Below, piece after piece: positions 29,365-40,151 of a stretch of 64,000 nt of DNA (the first letter of the stretch is position 1; each line of letters starts with the position of its first letter). The position numbers and the translations under genes are program-made. Below the pieces are notes generated by a model, which saw only the letters and a list, made by a program, of their open reading frames with translations, was not told the origin of the DNA and searched no databases. This stretch comes from Waterburya sp. (lineage in GTDB: Bacteria > Cyanobacteriota > Cyanobacteriia > Cyanobacteriales > Xenococcaceae), in the NCBI GenBank assembly GCA_965217895.1, contig CBDCJV010000002.1:1632001-1696000 (forward strand), written 5' to 3'.

Positions 29365-32300
29365 ATGAATGAAACTGCCCTTGAACAATTTTGGGAATTG
29401 CTAGGATGGGTTCTGGCTCTAAAATCAGAGGCTTTCGCACAAATAAATACTTTACCCAATGGTTCGGCGATCGCAATCGCCGTAGTTATGGCTGCTGGGC
29501 TATCTCAAGCTGCTGCCCACAGCGTTATCTTATTTGTCAATCGTGTCAAACCAATACGCTTCATTTTTGGCTTAATTGTGGGAGGAATTCTGTTTGCCTT
29601 TGGCTATCTATTTTTAGTAGCTAGTACCTGGGCAATTAGCTTCGCTCTTACTTTTGAAGTTCCTTTTGGTGACTTGGCACGTACCCTGGCGTTTGGTTAC
29701 GCACCATTAATATTTAGTCTTTTTGGGGCAATGCCCTATTTTGGAGAACCAATCCTCTTACTTTTATCACTGTGGCAGTTGTTGGCGATGGTAGCAGGGG
29801 TTGCGGATGTAAGCAATACTAATGTCTGGCAGGCATTTGGCACAGTAGCATTAGGTTGGATTACCTTAGAAATATTACAGCGAACCATCGGACAGCCTAT
29901 TGCTCAATTCGGTCATTGGATTGCTTGTAAAACTACAGGTGTAAAGTTAGTTACTAAACGCAAACGGTTTAGGTCATTGGCACAGGGATTACGTTTGGAT
30001 TCTCTTGCTAATCCTACAGAAGTCGGTCTACCAAATGTAAAGAATACAGTTACCTCATCTAAGGTAAAACAAGATAAACCAAGCAAACCGAGACAACAGC
30101 ACGTAAACTTGTACGAGCAATCGCGCTTCTCTATTGCCTTTACTACAAGCAATGCTGTTACAAATACAACAGCTAGAAATCGTCGTTATAAATTAAGTCC
30201 AGTAGCTAAACAGTTACGCAGTTTGGCAATACTAGCTGGTGTTACCTTTGTAGCGGTTGTCCTCCTGTCTCCAATTCGCTATTGGTGGTTTGCTTGGTAC
30301 GGAAACCTAGACGAGCCTTTTAAGTTAATCTTTAATCTAGTCTGGATTGGGATAATTGCCTTAGTTGCTGCTGCAATACTATCACCCCTAGAAACATTAG
30401 GCTGGTGGGCAGGTTGGTATGGCGATCTCTCAAAAAGTGGTGCTGCTCCAAAAGAAATGCGATCGACTTCACATCAGAAACCGAATCACTATGTAATTTA
30501 CCTCGATGGTATCAGTCAATCAAAATTTGAATTTACGCCTGATATTCAAGATTTTTTTGCTGCTTTAGAACCCGCCTTACCAAAAAACATAGAGCTAATT
30601 AAAGAAATTATGGTTTATTCAGTTCGTGATAAACCACTAACCGCTAATCGTCCTCTATCATTCTTATGGCGTATGGCTGACTCGTTTAGATTTAAAAACC
30701 CAGCTAGCTTGTTTGGTTTGTTAGTTAATGTTCGCAATTCTCTAATAGTGGCGGTTTCTGCGGATAAACGCTATGGACCAATTTATAACTTCGGAATTGC
30801 GCGACTAATGTATCAAGCCCTGATGCTGCATGGCTATCAGCCCGATAGCAGAACACCCATTACTTTGATTGGCTTTAGCGGTGGCGGACAGATGGCAGTA
30901 GCAGCAGCCCCTTTCTTACAACGAGCCTTAAATGCGCCTATTGATGTTATTTCTTTGGGCGGAGTGATTAGCGGTAACGTAAACACCTTGAGACTAGAGC
31001 ATCTCTATCATTTATCTGGTGAAAAAGATGTGGTTGAACGTATTGGTCCTGTGATGTTCCCCCGACGTTGGGATATTTTTTTTCTATCATATTGGAATCG
31101 TGCCAAGCGTATGGGAAAAGTAAGTCTAATTTCTTTAGGACCAGTGGGGCATCAAGTACCAGGAGGAATAATGGACTCCCAACAGCGTCTACCTGACGGT
31201 CGTACTCACCTACAGCAAACTATTGATTGGATAGTAAAAATATTACAGGGTATTGCCGAACCCGAAGATCGCACAACTAGCAGCAAATTAAGTGATTACG
31301 AACGATTTCGCTCAAGAGCGTTTAATCGCTCCGAATCTTATCCAATCGAGCAATCTTTATCACCAGAATATTATCAGGCGATCGCGCCCTGGATGGGACG
31401 ATTAATTCTACCTGCTAAAGATCGGCGACAAGCAGTTCGAGGCGTGTTGTTTGAAGTCCATCATGCTCCTGAAAAATACAAACATCTAGTAGGACAAGTG
31501 GTAATCCTTCGCCTGGGCGACAACTTAGAAACCCGCTCTTATGTTCGAGCTGTAACGAAAGATGTGCATTTTAGTCCCCAAGCTGAGCATAGTTCCAAAC
31601 AGGGCAATATTCATCCAACTCGACTTAATCACTGGCGACAGGTCAACCCTTTAGAATCCTTGGCAGGTTCTCATCCCGTAGATGATGTAACAGTAATGTT
31701 ACCCGAACCTGTTATCGTGCATTCACAAGATAAAAATGTTATATCACATATCCTGTATATTTCTCACGACCCAGTGCAGATTACGGGACGCTACTATGCT
31801 CTAGTAAAATTCCTACAGCCAGTCCCAGACAGTGAACTGTTTAAAGTAATTCACTATAATCGAGCTTCAAAACAATTTGACGGGATAGAAGAAACCGTCA
31901 GAATGCCTCCCGTAGTACCCAATCGTAATAATACTTGTCCTTCTACTACCAAAAATATCGAACAATCTTACCTTAATAAAACAGGATGGTATCTTTACGG
32001 CGCACAGGATGAATCGGGAAAATTTATCGTCCAGGCTCTAGCTCCCCGTGCGTTGTTGCAGGTCGAGCCAGACCAGGTAATTACTGGAAAGAAACCAGCC
32101 AAAAAATATCTGAAAAAAGAGGCTTGGAATAATGTAGTTGCTAAAAAAGGCAAGATTAACTCGGTTCTACTCAATCATAAAACAACTCAACAAAAAAAAC
32201 CTTGGGTAGAAGGTAAACGAGCATTATTAATTCATACATATGGTGGAATTGGCGGAAATAAAACCGAACCCGCAGCCAAATCTCCCCTTTACTTCGGTCA

Positions 32301-33147
32301 CTTCGCCTACGGAATTGCTACTGTAGTGCGCGAACCCTTAACCAACGAACTACGCTTTGAAATAGTCTATCACCAAGTCTATACACAAAATTCTGAGGGA
32401 CTGATTGCAGGTAGCCTGCACTGGTCGCGTTACATGGGCGATCGCAATTGGGGCTGGTTGGGATTGCGTCCTGTTTGCGACATTATAGTCGAACTAGATG
32501 AATTTACTGGCGACTATGAAAGAGAAGGACGGAAGCGAAGCAGCGCGGTCTTTGCAAGCGGAAATGCTGCTTCGCAAGCAGCTTATTCCACGCTTGCGGT
32601 GGGGGTTTTCCCCATGAGCGATTGCATCAAGAAGCGATCTCCTTTAGATAGAGTAGTTCATCAGCTAGAAGTTATGGCTGCGCGCTATCGCATTGGTGAT
32701 GGAACTGGTGGCACTTTTGTTGGTCCTGCCAATAATTGCGTTCAAGATGCCAATCAAGCTTTATATGCTGCGCTGAGACAAATATCTCTATCTATTCGTT
32801 CTAATCCCAATGTCGAACAGTGGAAAAAAGAAAATCCCGAACAGCTACACAGGTTGGAGCGATTAGAACAGCTAACTCAAGATTTCAAACATCTACTATT
32901 GCCCTGGGGAACAGCACGCGCTGACTGGAAAGATCGAACTGAAGTATTAGGTAGCACGTTAGAAGATAACCCCGTGCAAAATTTAATTCGTGGTCTAATT
33001 ACCTGGCGTACTTTATTACCTCGTTTAACTAGCGAGGAAGTGGTACAAGCATTTCTTAATCAGGATGCTTTAGTGTGGGTGCTACGAACTAATCAGGTAG
33101 GCGGTATAAACCCCGATATCGAACCTGTTGCCCCAATGACGCTGTAG
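29365..33147 (+). CDS. Large membrane protein: Yip1-like TM region, alpha/beta-hydrolase-like domain and cyanobacterial 'CAAX protease'-associated domain
   Basis: N-terminal TM helices; YLDGI, GFSGGG; GHFAYG..NNCVQD; carries a 33-aa in-frame insertion. Confidence 0.7.
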   Translation: MNETALEQFWELLGWVLALKSEAFAQINTLPNGSAIAIAVVMAAGLSQAAAHSVILFVNRVKPIRFIFGLIVGGILFAFGYLFLVASTWAISFALTFEVPFGDLARTLAFGYAPLIFSLFGAMPYFGEPILLLLSLWQLLAMVAGVADVSNTNVWQAFGTVALGWITLEILQRTIGQPIAQFGHWIACKTTGVKLVTKRKRFRSLAQGLRLDSLANPTEVGLPNVKNTVTSSKVKQDKPSKPRQQHVNLYEQSRFSIAFTTSNAVTNTTARNRRYKLSPVAKQLRSLAILAGVTFVAVVLLSPIRYWWFAWYGNLDEPFKLIFNLVWIGIIALVAAAILSPLETLGWWAGWYGDLSKSGAAPKEMRSTSHQKPNHYVIYLDGISQSKFEFTPDIQDFFAALEPALPKNIELIKEIMVYSVRDKPLTANRPLSFLWRMADSFRFKNPASLFGLLVNVRNSLIVAVSADKRYGPIYNFGIARLMYQALMLHGYQPDSRTPITLIGFSGGGQMAVAAAPFLQRALNAPIDVISLGGVISGNVNTLRLEHLYHLSGEKDVVERIGPVMFPRRWDIFFLSYWNRAKRMGKVSLISLGPVGHQVPGGIMDSQQRLPDGRTHLQQTIDWIVKILQGIAEPEDRTTSSKLSDYERFRSRAFNRSESYPIEQSLSPEYYQAIAPWMGRLILPAKDRRQAVRGVLFEVHHAPEKYKHLVGQVVILRLGDNLETRSYVRAVTKDVHFSPQAEHSSKQGNIHPTRLNHWRQVNPLESLAGSHPVDDVTVMLPEPVIVHSQDKNVISHILYISHDPVQITGRYYALVKFLQPVPDSELFKVIHYNRASKQFDGIEETVRMPPVVPNRNNTCPSTTKNIEQSYLNKTGWYLYGAQDESGKFIVQALAPRALLQVEPDQVITGKKPAKKYLKKEAWNNVVAKKGKINSVLLNHKTTQQKKPWVEGKRALLIHTYGGIGGNKTEPAAKSPLYFGHFAYGIATVVREPLTNELRFEIVYHQVYTQNSEGLIAGSLHWSRYMGDRNWGWLGLRPVCDIIVELDEFTGDYEREGRKRSSAVFASGNAASQAAYSTLAVGVFPMSDCIKKRSPLDRVVHQLEVMAARYRIGDGTGGTFVGPANNCVQDANQALYAALRQISLSIRSNPNVEQWKKENPEQLHRLERLEQLTQDFKHLLLPWGTARADWKDRTEVLGSTLEDNPVQNLIRGLITWRTLLPRLTSEEVVQAFLNQDALVWVLRTNQVGGINPDIEPVAPMTL
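32539..32637. mobile_element. 99-bp nested-palindrome mini-insertion, in frame
   Basis: Flanked by GAAGCGA on both sides; removal restores GRKRSPLD; arms GCAAGCG/CGCTTGC around GCTGC-TTCGCAA-GCAGC. Confidence 0.8.
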
Positions 33148-33176
33148 TTAAATATTTAATAATTTGACTTGTCCGA

Positions 33177-33712
33177 TTAGTTCTCTATAACATAACCGAT
33201 TCCTCTCCTGGATAGTCTTTGACCGTAACGACGATTAGACAAAGATATGAACAAAGGAGATTCGGCGGTGAGCTTTTCTTTAGTCGAACTGCGTGCTTGG
33301 TGATACCGAGCTATTTCTTCTCCCAGGTCTAGGCGTAAGACAACTGTTCTGATGCTATTTTTACCATCTAGCTTGAGATAATGCTGACCGTTGGACTGAC
33401 GAGAGGAAACGCCAAACTTGTTTCGTTTCGGCTTGTTCCGCTTTCGTCGTGGCTAATACCTTCTAAATTAGCCCGATACATTTCGATACTGCGATAGCCT
33501 TGTAGAGCCATACAGCCGAGTAAAATGCGATCGCGTAAAACTTGTACGTTGGTGATATTCTCTCCACGAATTTTATAGGCAGGTAAAACACTGTTAATTA
33601 ACTGCTGTAACTCCTCCAAAGCCAAATAATTAATCATGCTACCAACTTCTCGTTTTTGCCTTGGTGCTTTTACTTCAATACTGTCTCGCTCTCTATTAAA
33701 TCATTAACTAGC
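33177..33712 (-). pseudogene. Tyrosine recombinase/integrase remnant
   Basis: INYLALEEL..RDRILLGCMALQGYRSIE; after the insertion, LDGKNSIRTV..SPLFISLSNRRYGQRLSRRGI; HxxR and catalytic Tyr are missing. Confidence 0.8.
33398..33448. repeat. Palindromic mini-insertion inside the integrase remnant
   Basis: GACGAGAGGAA...TTCCGCTTTCGTC arms; coincides with the frame break. Confidence 0.55.
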
Positions 33713-33982
33713 GACCGCGATCGCACTACCTGTACCTCGCGATCGCATCAATCTATTTGTCTACATCTGCAATGGTGCTACCACCAGGAATATGAGCAGT
33801 GGTGTTTTGTTCGTGAGCCACTTTCATTTTCTGATTATTGTTCGTAGGCAAACTCCTGCTCCTTTTGTGCTGCATCGGCTGTTCCTTCTTTCTGGGCTTC
33901 TCTCTCGATATAACTAGAAAATTTTTTAGCCTCAGAAAAGTCTACGGGTTAATTATTTTAGTTTGTCATAATTTTTAGTCAA

Positions 33983-34810
33983 ATGCTTTTTATAGTAATG
34001 TTCGAGCAGATCCGAGAATTACTAACCAACTACGGTCGTATTGATGTTATTTGGTTTGATGGTAGCTGGGAACGTAGCCCTCCAGAATGGCGTAGTTCGG
34101 AATTAGGACAAATGATTCGACAGCTACAGCCAGATATACTGATTAACGATCGCTTGCCAGGACAGGGAGACTTTGCTACTCCCGAACAGTTCGTTCCGCC
34201 TCAGCCCCCCGACGGACTTTGGGAAGTTTGCCTAACTATGAACGAAAGCTGGGGTTATAACACTGCCGACAATAACTACAAATCAGCCAGAGCTTTAGTA
34301 CATACCTTGTGCGAGATAGCTGGCAAAGGAGGAAATCTACTGCTCAACGTTAGTCCGATGGGTGATAGTCAAATCCCACCAGCCCAACAAGAACGTTTAG
34401 AAGCCGTCGCCGAATGGATGTCGCGCTATGGAGAAAGTATCATCGACACTCAACCAGGACTAGAACCCTGGCAGTTTTATGGTTCATCAACTCGTAGGGA
34501 CAATTTTTACTATTTACACCTGTTAATGAAGCCCTACGAAACCATTTCTGTAAGAGGTATTCCCATCAAGCAAGTCAAATCCGTCAAAATAGTAGGAAGC
34601 GACGAACCCCTAACTTACAGCACTCGCTGTTCGATTATGGACGAGCTTAACGGACAACTCACGGACTTGAGCTTGGCTCAAGTCCCGTGTCCTCCCCAAC
34701 CCAATCCTCTGGGTGAATTGACTATCAGCGTTCCCGAATCGGTTATCGATCCCCTAGCTACTGCGATCGCCATAGAATTAGCGACCACAGTAGCGAACGA
34801 GATAAAATAA
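33983..34810 (+). pseudogene. Alpha-L-fucosidase (GH29), N-terminally truncated
   Basis: ELLTNYGRIDVIWFDG, INDR, TPEQ, WEVCLTMNESWGY, GGNLLLNVSP; the N-terminal HHDG region is absent. Confidence 0.85.
34652..34692. repeat. Nested hairpin, probable in-frame mini-insertion in the fucosidase
   Basis: GGACTTGAGC-TTG-GCTCAAGTCC inside GGAC..CACG/CGTG..TCC. Confidence 0.65.
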
Positions 34811-35110
34811 GATTTTTGATGTTCCAGTAACGAAGTAAATTTCTATGTAGATAGTTGAGAAAAAAGTAGGAATATTTACTCATTATTTAACCCTTTCGGG
34901 TAAGTTTCAGCCAGGAATAGAGGAAGCCAAACATTTCCCTTCTAAACAAATGGCAGAGTCTATGGTTAAAGTTCACGAGGGAACGGCGCGAGAGTTGAAT
35001 GAGAAAGAATAGATTATCTTTATTGATTTGGAAACAGCAAATTCTGAAACGGTGTATCTTTGTTCGACACTACGAGCAAAGATCTACAATTAGCTTTTAA
35101 TCAATAATAA

Positions 35111-35479
35111 TTAATAGTTATAAATTCTATTTCTTATAGGATAATATGGGAAAATTCTGTTTTCTATATAGTAATAGCGGTCTCCCTGATTTCCCCCGCG
35201 TTGATTTCTCCAGTTTCTTCTTTGAATCGATCTTACGTCGAAATTTTCTACTCCTGAGATGTCGTATTCATTTAGTTGTTTGAGATTATCCTGAATCGAA
35301 GCTGTTTCATCCTTGCTAGAAAAACTCCAACTACCTTTACCTCCAGCACTAAGCTCGTCAAAATTAAAGCTATCGGCGGTCGTACTTTGAGCGTTGCTTG
35401 GTAGCGTAGAAAGATTAACAACTATGATTCCCAGAGCAATCGCACTTAAGTGTATTGCAGATTTGGCAGTAGTTAACAT
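35111..35479 (-). CDS. Hypothetical secreted protein
   Basis: Signal-peptide-like N-terminus (..LPSNAQ); intact ORF. Confidence 0.6.
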   Translation of the reverse strand: MLTTAKSAIHLSAIALGIIVVNLSTLPSNAQSTTADSFNFDELSAGGKGSWSFSSKDETASIQDNLKQLNEYDISGVENFDVRSIQRRNWRNQRGGNQGDRYYYIENRIFPYYPIRNRIYNY

Positions 35480-35916
35480 AGTGTTTTAATATTTAATCTG
35501 TTATCTTCAAAACTGTAGAGAAGATTTGTTACCCCTGCATCTACATTGGGAATGATATTTAGACATATTCAAAAATACCAATAGAAGATTTTAGAAGAGT
35601 TGGCTAGTTGATGGAGAGCGATCGCTTAAAATCTTCATTCAAAACTAATTAGAAACAGTATTTATTGCTTCTCTTCCTTCCCGTTCGGCTGCTTCCCAAG
35701 TATAGAAGATATCATCTGGCTCGTAGACTGTGCCGTAGTCATCGATGATGCTGTATTTATTATAGCAGTTGTATGACGCAATCGTAGACAGCTAGTGTAT
35801 ATTAATTGATGCTGATGATTTTGATGATGCTCATGACGCGCTTGCGATCGCCAGTTTATCTTTAATTTTAGTTTGATTGAGGAAAGAGGGCGATCGCAAT
35901 ATCTATTTAAAGAAAA

Positions 35917-36139
35917 TTAGTCTAATTCTTTACCCATTCAATATTTGATATCGTAGTTAATAATAAAGTCTAGCTCTTCGTCTGTAAAACCGTAGTGTTG
36001 AGCAAGAACTCGATCTATTTTATCTATTATTGGTTTGGACTTTTGTATTTTAAAAGATTGAGTTTCAGTTCATCCTGTATTTCTTTGGTTACGAACTAGC
36101 ATTTCGCTATTACTTTGTATATCTGTTAAATACTTTTTA
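35917..36139 (-). pseudogene. Type IIG/Eco57I-like restriction-modification enzyme, C-terminal fragment
   Basis: Manual translation SKPIIDKIDRVLAQHYGFTDEELDFIINYDIKY*MG, with internal stops. Confidence 0.75.
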
Positions 36140-36316
36140 CCTCTCCTAAATATAGGGTTCGTGCGACCAAGTACAGCTTGCCTCTGAAACCCTTGTTATA
36201 CAAAGAATACAGGCTTCGAGTTTTTAAAATTAAGCGACCGCTAAAATATAGGTTACATAAGCTATTATTAATCTTGAATTCTTGTCTAATCAATAGTTAC
36301 ACGTATTTGAAAATAG

Positions 36317-37340
36317 GGAGCAAGTCAATTATGCAAGAACATAAGTACTACTGAGTAAAAAGAGTATTGTTGAGATAGGCGCATCGATGTTTTAAGACTT
36401 GTGGTACATTTTCAATTTTCCATTGCGCGCCTGAAATTTTTAGTCTTCGGTCTATCTGCTTAACGGTAGACTCCACCCCACCTGAAGCAATGGCACAAAT
36501 ATTTTCTGCTTGATAATAATCATAGTTGACAATGCGATCGCGATAATTTTCTAAATAAGTACAAAAGTTTTGTGCTTGTTTCTTTTTTAAAGGCGAAAAT
36601 AAAGCTAAAGTTTCATTAACTTTTCCCTGCCATAAAAGACTTTTTCCTTGCTCGATGCGTTTATTTGAACCGCCGACTTTATAAAGATTCTCTACGAGAT
36701 GAAACCAGTCTAGAATTTGTCTAGTTTCACCTTCGCGATTGAACTGGTTCATTAGATTCCAAATTCCTTGATGACCATCTGCCACACAATTCAACACACA
36801 TCAAAGGGTTGTTGATTGACCCCTTTAACTAGTTCTTCATTCTCCTGAAACCATGCCATTCTTGATTGTGAATCAATACAGACTGCTTTATAGTCTCTCC
36901 AGATACAGGATTGGCCTTTGCGTTCCGTTCTCAGACGTACTTTTCCTCCGTCAACACTAATCTCTGATACTTTCGCTTCACAGTTAGCTTCCCTAAATTG
37001 ATGTCGATGAACCAATCTCTGTTGAGTTTTCTCTGAAACTATCATTCCTGTGTATCTTGCTACATCTTGAGACGCACTCTCATAAGAGACATTGGCACTA
37101 GCTCTGAGGCAGCATTCCGTTAAATAAGGACTAATTCTTTGATGAGATTTTATTTTTAGTCTATGACCTTGTTTTTCGCTAATTGGCAGTTTTCCAATGA
37201 TACTCTTGATGTTTCTTACTCTTCCTGCTTTTGTTCCTGTAGTTTGCTGAATAAAAAAATGCCCAATTGAGGGGTAATGTATTCAAGAGTTTGTTCTCTA
37301 ATTGTCGCTTCTATTTTACCTAGACTCTCTGCTTGTTCTG
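36317..37340 (-). mobile_element. ISKra4-family transposase remnant (5'-truncated, extra frameshift)
   Basis: VDGGKVRLR, WRDYKAV, DGHQGIWN, LDWFHLVENL, SGGVESTVKQI; T-run frameshift site at about 37253-37259; putative right end GGAGCAAGTCAATTATGCAA. Confidence 0.88.
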
Positions 37341-37503
37341 CTTCAGTATCGTGAATTAGTGTAGCCGTTTCCTGTCCTTGTGACTCACGTCTGCCTGAGA
37401 AAACAACTTTTGCCCCAGCAGCCCCAAGAGCGATCGCCGTTGCTCGCCCAATTCCCGATGTTCCGCCAGTGACTAAAGCCACTTTATTTTCAAGTGTTAA
37501 CAT
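37341..37503 (-). pseudogene. SDR N-terminus fused in frame to ISKra4 orfA
   Basis: [24 protein letters not shown], then [19 protein letters not shown] (transposase-like). Confidence 0.8.
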
Positions 37504-37717
37504 ATTTTTTTCTCCTTTTAGTTGAGGTTATTTAATGCCAAAAGCTATTAATTCAACCTACTTAAAATGTATCGAAAATCCAATTTTCGATCACTGAGAA
37601 GAAGATAAGTTGTAAACTCGACGATAGTCGAGGAATCGTCTCTATAAGTTTGACGACCAGTATATCTATATTTTTGCTATTGGAGGTCACTATGAGCAAT
37701 TGTAAAACTTAAAGTTT

Positions 37718-37879
37718 GTGAAGCAAAATCGACTATTTTCGCGATCGCACTGGCAATTAGCTAGCTGGTATACTGCTATTATTAGCCTTATTTTACTTAT
37801 CTGTGCCTTAGGAATTTATGAAGCGACTGCCCATGCCCACCGCATTAGCGTCAATCAGGAATTAGAATCTGTCATTTAA
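37718..37879 (+). pseudogene. RppB/NrsS-type metal-sensor histidine kinase, N-terminal fragment
   Basis: Manual translation QNRLFSRSHWQLASWY..GIYEATAHAH..ELESV*. Confidence 0.7.
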
Positions 37880-37911
37880 CATCACTAATCGATGGCATAA
37901 GTCCCGCACAA

Positions 37912-38169
37912 AGTACATTTTATAGTTGTTACCGCGCGCCTAAAATCTTTGACGTACATCAAGCAGTCGTGATTACTCAAAACTATCATCTACCTCGTAC
38001 TGTTTACACTTGTCGTCAGTTAGGAGTAAAGACGGTAGGTTTAAGAATCCCAGAGCGACAAATTTATAGACTGCAAGGAATGATTCCCTATTTGTTACGG
38101 CAAATGCTAGCTAACGTGGAAGCATTATGGAACATTCACATTACTCGTCCCCATCCTACTTTTTTATGA
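37912..38169 (+). pseudogene. SanA/YdcF-family C-terminal fragment
   Basis: STFYSCYRAPKIF..VITQNYHLPRTVY..P.FL. Confidence 0.75.
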
Positions 38170-38191
38170 GTTTTGCCGACACAGAAGTATG

Positions 38192-40117
38192 TTACAGCAA
38201 CAAACGTAAACCACTTAAGATTACCAAAACCGTAGATCCTTCATGTCCAAGTACCCCCAGGGGCATATTAATATTACCTGTAAAGTTAGCCATCAACAGC
38301 AAGAAAATAAATGAAAGGGCAAAAGTAATATTTTGTTTGATGATGCGATTAGCACGACGACCCAGGCTAATTGCCTGAGCTAGTTTTTCTAGACGATTGC
38401 TCATCAAAATTAGATCGGCAGTTTCGATGGCGACATCATTTCCCGCACCACCCATAGCTATACCTACTGTTGCCATAGCCAGTGCAGGTGCATCGTTAAT
38501 GCCATCTCCTACCATTGCCACGTTTTGATATTTCTGCTGTAGTTTTTGGATAGCCATCAACTTATCTTCTGGTAGAAGTTCGGCATAAACCTCTTCTATG
38601 CCCAGAGTTCGAGCAACGCTATTAGCAGTACCTTTATTGTCTCCTGTGAGCAGCACGACTTGTTCGATACCCAGTTGTTTCAATTTCTTGATCGACGCTG
38701 CTGCTTCTGGTCTAATCGTGTCAGCAACAGCTATTAAACCGATAACCCTTTCAGATTCAATCACCCAAACTACAGTTTTGCCTTCTTCTTCTAAGTGATT
38801 ACTTGCTTCAATAAATTCGCGATCTAAATAAGGAATTTCTTGCCGAACAAAAGCAGTTTTTCCTACTAGAATTGTTTTTCCTGCTACTTCACCGACAATT
38901 CCTAGACCTGGCTTTGCCTGAACATTACTGACATTTTGTAGCTGCAATTTTTTTTGCCAAGCTGCTTTGACAATTGCTTCCCCGATAGGATGTTCGGAAC
39001 GAGATTCTATGGCAGCAGCTAACTCTAATACTCGATCGCTCTTTTGTCCTTTTATGGGTATAACCTTTACTACCTCTAATTTCCCCTCCGTCAGAGTACC
39101 AGTTTTATCAAAAGCGATCGCCTTAATTTTGCCAATTTTTTCTAATTGTCCCCCATTCTTAAACAAAATTCCGGCTCTAGCACCACAAGCAATTCCCGAT
39201 AGTAGGGTCGGCATGATTGCGGCCATTAACGCGCAGGGAGAAGCTACAACCAAGAAGATTAAGGCTCGATAAATTGTCGTTTCCCAGTCCCAACCTAATA
39301 GTAGTGGCGGTAAAATTGCCAGCAAAAGTCCTAGCAAGATAATAATTCGTGCATAACTCCGCTCGAATCGTTCGATAAACTGCTGCGACGGCGGAGTTTC
39401 AGTTTGGGCTTTTTCTACTAGCTGAATTACCCGTTGAATCAGACTACTTTCAGGCGATCGATCTACTTTTACTTTTAAAGCTCCATTGCCATTGAGTGTA
39501 CCAGCATAAACTTCATCTCCAACCTGCTTATCTGCAGGAATAGACTCTCCAGTAATCGATGCTTGGTTAACATTAGTCCAACCTTCTACAATCAGACCAT
39601 CAACGGGAATTAATTCTCCTGGCTTGACTAAGACTAAATCTCCTACTTGTAATTTCGCGATCGCCATTTCTGCTGCTTCATTTCCTTTGAGGACTTTAGC
39701 GGTATTCGGTACGGTTGCCATTAGAGAACGAATATTTCGCTCTGTGCGCTCCATAGCAATGCTTTCTAAAGCCCCGCTAACAGCAAAGATCAGAATCAGT
39801 ATTCCGCCATCGACGATTAAATAATAATCCTGTTGCCATAAACCTAAGATCGCTGCACCCAAAGCTGCCACGATCATTAGTAGATCTACATCTAACTCCC
39901 TTTCTTGAAATAAAGTCGTCAATCCTTCTTTGGTGCTTTCATAACCGCCAATAACGTAAGCACCTGGAAAGATGAATAGAGCAATACCAATCCAATCCCG
40001 ATGAAGACATAACCAACCGAGGAAAATAAGAACTGCGCAGGCAGCAGCGGCTAAAGCGTCTGGATGCTTTTGTAAAATTCCTTTGAAAGAATACTTAGTT
40101 AAATATCTTTGAGCCAT
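38192..40117 (-). CDS. P1B-4 heavy-metal-translocating ATPase (CoaT-like Co/Zn exporter)
   Basis: SPC in TM, DKTGT, SEHP, GDGINDAP, HEGST; no N-terminal metal-binding domain. Confidence 0.93.
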   Translation of the reverse strand: MAQRYLTKYSFKGILQKHPDALAAAACAVLIFLGWLCLHRDWIGIALFIFPGAYVIGGYESTKEGLTTLFQERELDVDLLMIVAALGAAILGLWQQDYYLIVDGGILILIFAVSGALESIAMERTERNIRSLMATVPNTAKVLKGNEAAEMAIAKLQVGDLVLVKPGELIPVDGLIVEGWTNVNQASITGESIPADKQVGDEVYAGTLNGNGALKVKVDRSPESSLIQRVIQLVEKAQTETPPSQQFIERFERSYARIIILLGLLLAILPPLLLGWDWETTIYRALIFLVVASPCALMAAIMPTLLSGIACGARAGILFKNGGQLEKIGKIKAIAFDKTGTLTEGKLEVVKVIPIKGQKSDRVLELAAAIESRSEHPIGEAIVKAAWQKKLQLQNVSNVQAKPGLGIVGEVAGKTILVGKTAFVRQEIPYLDREFIEASNHLEEEGKTVVWVIESERVIGLIAVADTIRPEAAASIKKLKQLGIEQVVLLTGDNKGTANSVARTLGIEEVYAELLPEDKLMAIQKLQQKYQNVAMVGDGINDAPALAMATVGIAMGGAGNDVAIETADLILMSNRLEKLAQAISLGRRANRIIKQNITFALSFIFLLLMANFTGNINMPLGVLGHEGSTVLVILSGLRLLL

Positions 40118-40151
40118 TAACTTGAACGATACTAATTACTTTAGTTAAAAT

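Noticed and set aside
33177..33712. Active integrase defining an integrative element
   Set aside because: Truncated at both ends, interrupted, lacking the catalytic His/Arg/Tyr region; no att or tRNA site found.
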